From: an uncultured Noviherbaspirillum sp. | GTDB lineage: Bacteria; Pseudomonadota; Gammaproteobacteria; Burkholderiales; Burkholderiaceae_D | NCBI GenBank assembly: GCA_966212545.1 | Contig: CBIHRW010000015.1 | Span: forward strand, 514 to 64,513 | Length of the DNA: 64,000 nucleotides | Reading direction: 5' to 3' | Shown: one piece after another, positions 57,711-64,000 of the stretch | Position numbering within the stretch: the first letter of the stretch is position 1 | Layout: each line of letters opens with the position of its first letter | Position numbers and translations under genes: made by a program | Notes under the pieces: model-generated | What the model was told of the DNA's origin: nothing | Databases searched by the model: none | Seen by the model: the letters and a program-made list of their open reading frames with translations, nothing else

Positions 57711-58301
57711 TCAGACGCTACATCGCACCTGGGAAAAAGGTACGGGCGTGAACTCGGTGAAACGTGTAGTGCGAAGGGCATGCAGGTTGGCGGACAAGTG
57801 CTCCACGCCATCGCTGACGCGCTGGGCAATCGCAGGATCGAGCACGAGGCCGTTGTCCGCATTCCAGACAACTTGCGAGTCGGTCGCGTAGATGCTCGGC
57901 AGCACATGCTTCGCGCCGAGAGCCGACAGCACCGGGCGCAACGCGTAATCGAGGGCAAGCATGTGGGACTGGCTGCCGCCGGTGGCAAGCGGCAGCACCA
58001 GCTTGCCGGCAAAGCCATCCTGCGGCAGCAGGTCGAGGAAGGCCTTCAGGATGCCGCTGTAGGCCGCCTTGTACACCGGTGTGCCGATGACGATGGCGTC
58101 GGCCAGTTCGACCTGCGTCTTTGCCGCCTTGACGTCGGTATTGTTGAAGTCGGCCTGCAACAATGCCTGCGCCGGCAGGTCTAGCACGTGCAGCTTGCTG
58201 CTGCGATGGCCGAGCGCCGCGAGGCGCTCGCCAACGTGATGCAGCAGCCGCGTGGAGCGGGACGGGATCGACGGACTGCCGGCGAGCAGGAGGATGGACA
58301 T
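57711..58301 (-). CDS. ssuE: NADPH-dependent FMN reductase
   Basis: MSILLLAGSPSIPSRSTRLL..., IVIGTPVYKAAYSG. Position at the head of the ssu genes supports the call. Confidence 0.8.
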   Translation of the reverse strand: MSILLLAGSPSIPSRSTRLLHHVGERLAALGHRSSKLHVLDLPAQALLQADFNNTDVKAAKTQVELADAIVIGTPVYKAAYSGILKAFLDLLPQDGFAGKLVLPLATGGSQSHMLALDYALRPVLSALGAKHVLPSIYATDSQVVWNADNGLVLDPAIAQRVSDGVEHLSANLHALRTTRFTEFTPVPFSQVRCSV

Positions 58302-58330
58302 GATGGTTCCTGGCGTGATCGGTCAGGTGT

Positions 58331-59335
58331 TTACTTCTTGCCCGGCTGGTAGATCTGGTCGAAGGTGCCGCCATCGGCGAAGTGTGCCTTCTGCGCCTTG
58401 GTCCAGCCGCCGAACACGTCGTCGATGGTGAACAGCTTTACCTTCGGGAACTGCGCGGCATACTTCTTCGCGACCTTGTCGGAGATCGGGCGGTAGTAGT
58501 TCTGCGCGGCGATTTCCTGGCCTTCATCGGTGTACAGGTATTGCAGGTAGGCTTCCGCGACCTTGCGGGTGCCCTTCTTGTCCACGACCTTGTCGACCAC
58601 GGCGACAGGCGGCTCGGCCAGGATGCTGGTGGCCGGCGCGACGACTTCAAACTTGTCCGGACCGAGTTCCTTGATGGCTAGGATGGCTTCGTTCTCCCAA
58701 GCGATCAGCACGTCGCCGATACCGCGCTCGACGAAGGTGGTGGTCGATCCGCGCGCGCCGGAATCCAGCACCGGCACGTTCTTGAAAATCTTCGCCACGA
58801 AGTCCTTGGCTGCGGCGTCGGAACCGCCCTGCTGCTTCAGCGCGTAGCCCCAGGCAGCGAGATAGTTCCAGCGGGCGCCGCCGGAAGTCTTCGGGTTCGG
58901 CGTGATGACCGAAACGCCAGGCTTGGCGAGATCGCTCCAGTCCTTGATGCCCTTGGGATTACCCTTGCGCACCAGGAATACGATGGTCGAGGTATAAGGC
59001 GAGCTGTTATGCGGGAGACGCTTCTGCCAGTCCTTCGCAAGCAATCCCTTGCCGGCGATTTCGTCGATGTCATACGCCAGTGCCAGCGTAACGATGTCGG
59101 CATCCAGCCCGTCGATCACCGAACGCGCCTGCTTGCCGGACCCACCGTGCGACTGCTTCACGGTCACGTTGTCGCCACCCTTGGCTTTCCACTGGGCCGA
59201 GAAGGCCTTGTTGAAGTCCTGGTACAACTCGCGCGTCGGATCGTAGGATACGTTCAGCAGCGAGACGTCGGCGGCAAAGGCCGGGGCGGCCAGTGCAATT
59301 GCCAGCGCGGACTGAATGAGTTTCTTGAGCAACAT
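58331..59335 (-). CDS. sbp: Sulfate/thiosulfate ABC transporter substrate-binding protein
   Basis: Signal peptide plus [13 protein letters not shown]..., [30 protein letters not shown] (Sbp/CysP family). Confidence 0.88.
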   Translation of the reverse strand: MLLKKLIQSALAIALAAPAFAADVSLLNVSYDPTRELYQDFNKAFSAQWKAKGGDNVTVKQSHGGSGKQARSVIDGLDADIVTLALAYDIDEIAGKGLLAKDWQKRLPHNSSPYTSTIVFLVRKGNPKGIKDWSDLAKPGVSVITPNPKTSGGARWNYLAAWGYALKQQGGSDAAAKDFVAKIFKNVPVLDSGARGSTTTFVERGIGDVLIAWENEAILAIKELGPDKFEVVAPATSILAEPPVAVVDKVVDKKGTRKVAEAYLQYLYTDEGQEIAAQNYYRPISDKVAKKYAAQFPKVKLFTIDDVFGGWTKAQKAHFADGGTFDQIYQPGKK

Positions 59336-59458
59336 CTGTCTTCTCCCCTGAGAAATCTGGTTTCGGAAGTCGACAGGTTAATAAAGCGCTTATGGAAAAA
59401 GAACGAATACTTTTGCGCTTCTTTATGCGATACGCATATATGGAGAGGGCGGCAGGCA

Positions 59459-59486
59459 AGAAAAAAGCCGCATTTACACGGCTTTC
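59459..59486 (-). terminator. Rho-independent terminator downstream of the GNAT gene
   Basis: On the minus strand: AAAGCCG-tgtaaatg-CGGCTTT followed by TTTTTTC. Confidence 0.65.
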
Positions 59487-59505
59487 ATACGAAATAAGGG
59501 ATTCG

Positions 59506-60003
59506 CTACTTGCCGCAACCGCAACCGCCTGAACCCGGCAGCTTTTTGGCAAGAGATACGGCATCGGTACCGAAGGCAGTCCTGGTCGAACCGCAGTAGT
59601 CGAAGCCGTTGCGCTCGTAGAAATTGCGCGCCGACAGGGTGCTGGCCACCTGGATGGCCCGCAGGCCCCACTCCTTCGCCTGCGCCTCAAGCGCCTTCAG
59701 CAAGGCCTTGCCGGTACCGGTGGAGCGGACTTCAGGTGCTATATAGAAAAGGACAATACGCCCCTGGCGTGTCAGGATGGCCACACCGACCACCGTATCG
59801 CCCGTGCAGGCCACGATGGAATGATGCGCGGCGCATTCAAACCAGGAGGCGACATTTTCCGGCGTCTTGTTGCCCAGCCAGGCGGCAAGGACGGCGGCAT
59901 CGTTGCGGTGGTCTTCCGCACAACATTCTGAAATCGAGCGGCACAACAAGTGGCAGGCCGGGGCGGCATCCGCTTGGGTGGCGGCTCTGATGACTGCATT
60001 CAT
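59506..60003 (-). CDS. GNAT family N-acetyltransferase with C-terminal GSGGCGCGK tail
   Basis: Acetyl-CoA motif A region (FYIAPEVRSTGTGKALL) and ...NFYERNGF. Confidence 0.75.
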   Translation of the reverse strand: MNAVIRAATQADAAPACHLLCRSISECCAEDHRNDAAVLAAWLGNKTPENVASWFECAAHHSIVACTGDTVVGVAILTRQGRIVLFYIAPEVRSTGTGKALLKALEAQAKEWGLRAIQVASTLSARNFYERNGFDYCGSTRTAFGTDAVSLAKKLPGSGGCGCGK

Positions 60004-60123
60004 TCCAGCACCAAACAATACTTCTGTTACTTGGAGAGGCCGGCGTGTTCGCCCTGCCCCGGTTTTCGCTGGAGGAAAGTATAGCAGTGAACGGAAGAAA
60101 GCCTTCCGGGGCGCAAATTCCAG

Positions 60124-60546
60124 CTAGTTCAGCCGTCCGTTGACGCCGCCCAGGCTGTATCGCCCGGCGCCGAGCAAGGCAACCGCGATGGCGGAGAACA
60201 GGAACATGCCCTGCAACTCCAGCGCCCAACCGCCGGTCTTGGTCAGCGTCAGCAGCTCGTCCATATGGACCAGTCCGATGGCGACCACCATGTTGCCCGC
60301 AACAACAAGCGCTGCCAGCCGCGTCCATGCGCCGATGAGGATCAGGATCGGGGCAAGCACTTCACCGACGAGCACGAGGTAAGCAAACGCCGGCGGCAGG
60401 CCGATCTTTTCCAGCATGCCGGCGATGTGGCCTACACCGCCGCTGAGCTTCGCCACGCCATGGAAAAGAATCAGAACGGCCAGCGTGACGCGCAGGATCA
60501 GCTTGCCCAGGTCCTCCGCTGTGCTGCTTGCTATGGCATTCCTCAT
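60124..60546 (-). CDS. DoxX family membrane protein
   Basis: LGKLILRVTLAVLILFHGVAKL... with four TM helices. AAAGGAG RBS before the ATG at 60546. Confidence 0.75.
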   Translation of the reverse strand: MRNAIASSTAEDLGKLILRVTLAVLILFHGVAKLSGGVGHIAGMLEKIGLPPAFAYLVLVGEVLAPILILIGAWTRLAALVVAGNMVVAIGLVHMDELLTLTKTGGWALELQGMFLFSAIAVALLGAGRYSLGGVNGRLN

Positions 60547-60815
60547 GATCGCTCCTTTGGATGTTGTCGCCGGCGTCCTGGGCGTTTGCCGGATAGTCTG
60601 CGCCACCGGACCAGCCTCCGTATTGCGCATGCTTAACATTGCTGCGCGTTCCTACCGATGGTGGCGATGCAACTTCACGCATATCGATATACGGCAGCAC
60701 CACGTATCCAAACCCGAAACCAACCGCTCCTTCGCAACCGTCTTCAGCGACAGCCATGCGCGCGGGATTTATCCCCGGCTTTATTTGAAAGATGATACGT
60801 ATGAGCAGGAACCTG

Positions 60816-61214
60816 TCAGCGGACGACCAGCGGTCCCGCGATCAGCAGCCATGTGAGCCCTGCCAGCGACAGCGCGAGGAATACCGCGGCGCTGCCGAAA
60901 TCCTTGGCGTTCTTCGACAAGGGATGGCGCTCGAAGGAAATGCGGTCGACCACCGCTTCGATTGCGGAATTGATGAGTTCGACAATCAGAACAAGAATCA
61001 GCACAGCAATCAGCGCGATTTTTTCGAGTGCGGAAACCGGCAGAAGCAGCGCAACGACCACGCCCGGGATCACCAGCATCAGCTCCTGCCGGAACGCATG
61101 CTCGCTCTTCCACGCCATGCGAAAACCCTGCATGGAATACAAAAAAGCGGCGTAAATCCGCTTTACGCCGCTTTTGCTTTTGAACTCGCTTACCTGTTGT
61201 TGGTGCTCTGTCAT
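60816..61214 (-). CDS. dgkA: Diacylglycerol kinase (prokaryotic DgkA)
   Basis: EHAFRQE..., VELINSAIEAVVDRIS..., AKDFGSAAV match E. coli DgkA landmarks. Confidence 0.85.
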   Translation of the reverse strand: MTEHQQQVSEFKSKSGVKRIYAAFLYSMQGFRMAWKSEHAFRQELMLVIPGVVVALLLPVSALEKIALIAVLILVLIVELINSAIEAVVDRISFERHPLSKNAKDFGSAAVFLALSLAGLTWLLIAGPLVVR

Positions 61215-62617
61215 CGTCGCTGTTTATATAACTCGCGGAATGTCTTGCCGTTCGGCGCAGGCATATCACGATAATCCGTCCATCCGCCGGCGAACGGGAG
61301 GCTCGAAATGGTCTTCCCTTTACCCGCCATCATGCGCAGAAAGCGTACACCGATTTTGGTGGCGAGTCGATAAAGCGCCGGCCGTTTGGCCACGAAGGCC
61401 CAAACCTTCAACCCCAGCCGCTCGGCCGCCGGACGCAGGTGCTCTTCCACCTGCTTTTCCCGCAGCTTGCGCAACAGGTCGGGAAGCGGGATCTTGACAG
61501 GGCAAACAACATGGCACTCGCCGCACAGCGTCGAGGCCTGCGGCAGGTCGATTGCATTTTCGATGCCGGCGTAGGACGGCGTCAGCACGCTGCCCATAGG
61601 ACCCGGGTACACCCAGCCGTAGCTGTGGCCGCCGATCTTCTGATACACCGGGCAATGGTTCATGCACGCGCCGCATCGGATGCAGCGCAGCATGTCCTGG
61701 AATTCGGTGCCGACCAGGCCGGTGCGGCCGGCATCGACCAGCACGAAATACATGTGCTCCGGACCTTCCGCGTCACCGTCGCGCTTCGGTCCGGTGAGCA
61801 GGGAAACGTAGTTCGTGATCGACTGCCCGGTCGCCGAACGCGGCAGCAGGCGCAGCACCGTGGCGAAATCTTCCAGCGTCGGCAGCACCTTCTCGATGCC
61901 AGTCACGACGACATGCACCTTTGGCGGCAAGATCGTGCACATGCCTTCATTACCTTCGTTGGTGACGATGGCAACCGAACCGGTTTCGGCAATCACGAAA
62001 TTGCCACCGGTGACGCCCATGTCGGCCGACAAAAATTGTGGGCGCAGCATCTCTCGCGCCTCGCGCGTCATCTGGGGGATGTCGGTCAAGCGCGGGCGGT
62101 TGTGCACGCGGGCGAACAGATCGGAAATTTCTTCCTTGTCCTTGTGCACCACCGGCGCGACGATGTGCGACGGCGCCTCGTTGTTGTTGATCTGCAGGAT
62201 GTACTCGCCCAAGTCGGTCTCGACCGCCTGCACGCCGGCGGCTTCCAGCGCCTTGTTGAGCGCCATTTCCTCGGACACCATGGACTTGGACTTGGTGACC
62301 TTCTTCACGCCGTGCTTCTTCGCGATTTCGACGACGAGGCGGGAGGCGTCTTCCGCGCTCTCTGCGTACAGAACCGTCGCGCCCTGCGCCGTTGCGTTCT
62401 TTTCGAAGGTGTCGAGCCAGACGTCGAGATTCTCGATCGCGCGCATGCGGCGCTCTATCGCCGCGTTGCGCGTGCCTTCGAAGTCGTCCAGTTCCAGGAT
62501 GGCGGAGGCACGTCCGCTGACCCACTTGGTGGACAGTTTCTTGAGGTTCGCTTGCAGGCGCTGGTCCGCCAGCTTTTCACCCACGCGGGCTTTGAAATGC
62601 ATCGAATGGATCTGCAT
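61211..62617 (-). CDS. lutB: Lactate utilization protein B (LUD domain + 2x[4Fe-4S]), YkgF/LldF type
   Basis: Start MQIHSMHFKAR at 62617 (ATGA overlap with the lutA stop). CIRCGACMNHCP and CGECHVVCP clusters. Confidence 0.85.
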   Translation of the reverse strand: MQIHSMHFKARVGEKLADQRLQANLKKLSTKWVSGRASAILELDDFEGTRNAAIERRMRAIENLDVWLDTFEKNATAQGATVLYAESAEDASRLVVEIAKKHGVKKVTKSKSMVSEEMALNKALEAAGVQAVETDLGEYILQINNNEAPSHIVAPVVHKDKEEISDLFARVHNRPRLTDIPQMTREAREMLRPQFLSADMGVTGGNFVIAETGSVAIVTNEGNEGMCTILPPKVHVVVTGIEKVLPTLEDFATVLRLLPRSATGQSITNYVSLLTGPKRDGDAEGPEHMYFVLVDAGRTGLVGTEFQDMLRCIRCGACMNHCPVYQKIGGHSYGWVYPGPMGSVLTPSYAGIENAIDLPQASTLCGECHVVCPVKIPLPDLLRKLREKQVEEHLRPAAERLGLKVWAFVAKRPALYRLATKIGVRFLRMMAGKGKTISSLPFAGGWTDYRDMPAPNGKTFRELYKQRR

Positions 62618-63351
62618 CACGCGTCCCCCGCCAGGACTTGTGCGACGTGCAGCACGCGGGTGGTATTGTCGCCGGTGCGGCGCAGGCGGCCTTCGATGTT
62701 GAGCATGCAGCCGAGGTCGCCGAGCACGACGGCTTCCGCCCCGGAATCCTGGATGTTCTTGCACTTGTCGTCCACGATCGCGGCGGAGACGTTGCCGTAC
62801 TTGAGCGAGAAGGTGCCGCCAAAGCCGCAGCACTGGCGATGGTCCTTCATTTCCGTCACGGTCACGCCGGCTTTTTCCAGCAGCGCGCGCGGCTGCTTAT
62901 GCACGCCGAGCTCGCGCAGGCCGCAACAGGAATCGTGGTAGGTCACCGGCCCCTTGAGGCTGTTCTTCCCTTCCCCGGGCAGTTTCTCGATCTTCACCAC
63001 GTTGTACAGGAAGTCGGTCAGCTCGAAGACGCGCGGCGCGAGGCGCTCCATGCGTGCCAGCCATGCCGGGGCGTCGGAGAACAAGTCGCTGTAATGCGTC
63101 TTCACATGGCCGCCGCAGGAGCCGGAAGGGATGACCACGTAATCGAACTCTTCGAATTCCTCGACGAACTTCTCGGCCAGTGCACGCGCCGCCTTGCGGT
63201 CGCCGGAGCTGTAAGCCGGCTGTCCGCAGCATGTCTGGTTTTCCGGCACGACGATTTCGCAACCGGCGGCCTCGAGAAGTTTGATGACGGAAAAGCCGAT
63301 TTCCGGCCGCATCATGTCGATCAGGCAAGTATGAAAAAATCCGACGCGCAT
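62617..63351 (-). CDS. lutA: Lactate utilization protein A ((Fe-S)-binding CCG-domain oxidoreductase), YkgE/LldE type
   Basis: MRVGFFHTCLIDMM start. CCG motifs QTCCGQP and RQCCGFGG. Confidence 0.85.
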   Translation of the reverse strand: MRVGFFHTCLIDMMRPEIGFSVIKLLEAAGCEIVVPENQTCCGQPAYSSGDRKAARALAEKFVEEFEEFDYVVIPSGSCGGHVKTHYSDLFSDAPAWLARMERLAPRVFELTDFLYNVVKIEKLPGEGKNSLKGPVTYHDSCCGLRELGVHKQPRALLEKAGVTVTEMKDHRQCCGFGGTFSLKYGNVSAAIVDDKCKNIQDSGAEAVVLGDLGCMLNIEGRLRRTGDNTTRVLHVAQVLAGDA

Positions 63352-63522
63352 CACGCTGTCCTCAGGTTTGCAAGGGCTCCATTATGTGTGCCGATGCGCG
63401 TCAAAAAGTCCTCCGCAACGGATGAAATAATTTAGAGACTTTCTCCAAATATTTTCCGCACGACTTTTTCATTTTTTCACAATGTGGTATAAAGAACCTT
63501 ATTGCAACGCATCAACCACGAT

Positions 63523-64000
63523 ATGAAACCTGAACAGACTTCCGAGAACAGTCAAATTTCGATCCAGGTGATCGAACGCATGATTTCGCTCTTGGATGCG
63601 CTCGCCCAATACCCTGATCCGGTGAGCCTGAAAGAACTGTCAACCGTGACCGGCCTGCACCCATCCACTGCACACCGCATCCTGAACGACCTCGTCGTCA
63701 AACGTTTCGTCGACCGCGCCGAGGCCGGCTCCTATCGCCTCGGCATGCGCCTGCTGGAGCTGGGCAATATCGTCAAAAGCCGCCTGAACGTGCGCGAAGC
63801 CGCGCTCGATTTCATGCGCGCGCTGCACCGCAAGACCCACCAGACCATCAACCTGTCGGTGCGACAGGGCGACGAAATCGTCTACATCGACCGCTCCTTC
63901 TCCGAACGCTCCGGCATGCAAGTGGTGCGCGCCATCGGTGGCCGCGCGCCGCTGCACCTGACCTCGACCGGCAAGCTGTTCCTGTCGGCCGATGACCCAA
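63523..64000 (+). CDS. IclR family transcriptional regulator (3' end outside window)
   Basis: My own translation from ATG 63523 gives ...VIERMISLLDALAQYPDPVSLKELSTVTGLHPSTAHRILNDLV...YRLGMRLLELG...INLSVRQGDEIVYID. The frame is open to the window end. Divergent from lutA. Confidence 0.8.
   Translation, partial: MKPEQTSENSQISIQVIERMISLLDALAQYPDPVSLKELSTVTGLHPSTAHRILNDLVVKRFVDRAEAGSYRLGMRLLELGNIVKSRLNVREAALDFMRALHRKTHQTINLSVRQGDEIVYIDRSFSERSGMQVVRAIGGRAPLHLTSTGKLFLSADDP

Noticed and set aside
1-64000. Search for mobile elements, prophage, toxin-antitoxin pairs, restriction-modification or known defence operons
   Set aside because: No integrase, transposase, recombinase, phage structural, methyltransferase or classic TA-family motifs were recognised in any credible ORF. 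The only compositional anomaly is the 10879..11917 islet, which lacks mobility genes.

Overview
This is a 64-kb, gene-dense, high-GC chromosomal segment that reads like the core genome of a betaproteobacterium. The synteny looks Burkholderiales/Oxalobacteraceae-like (ribF-ileS-lspA-coaBC-dut, gap-tkt, cysTWA-cysB, sbp-ssuEAADCBF), but the taxon is inference only. I call about 65 protein-coding genes (two cut by the window edges), several intrinsic terminators and a few small repeats. By reading I found no rRNA, tRNA, CRISPR array, transposase, integrase or prophage genes. Functional blocks are: cell envelope (PBP1A, psd, lspA, a lepB paralogue, dgkA); central metabolism (gap, tkt, lutAB); translation and cofactors (ileS, ribF, rsmE, coaBC, dut); a ~12-kb sulfur-scavenging supercluster; one two-component system; a quorum-quenching-type acylase; and a run of stress-type small proteins. 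The stand-out is one 907-aa ORF (14595..17318, minus strand). It fuses an I9-like propeptide, a complete subtilisin/S8 protease and a complete S1/P1 zinc nuclease, with no signal peptide. S1/P1 nucleases use the free N-terminal Trp as a zinc ligand. Here that Trp is internal and directly preceded by Phe, a good subtilisin P1 residue, so the gene looks like a self-contained protease-gated nuclease. Other second-look items: a ~1-kb low-GC islet with an orphan membrane protein; a catalytically degenerate EAL protein inside the sulfur cluster; a UdgX-type uracil-DNA glycosylase; an M48/PDZ lipoprotein with KEMAH in place of HEXXH; lutAB without lutC and start/stop-overlapped with dgkA; a terminator-capped ~190-nt untranslated tail after the HDOD gene; and a 64-nt near-perfect hairpin between ileS and lspA. 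CDS coordinates include the stop codon. Many starts were moved inward from the ORF-track start on the basis of RBS, signal peptide or family N-termini.
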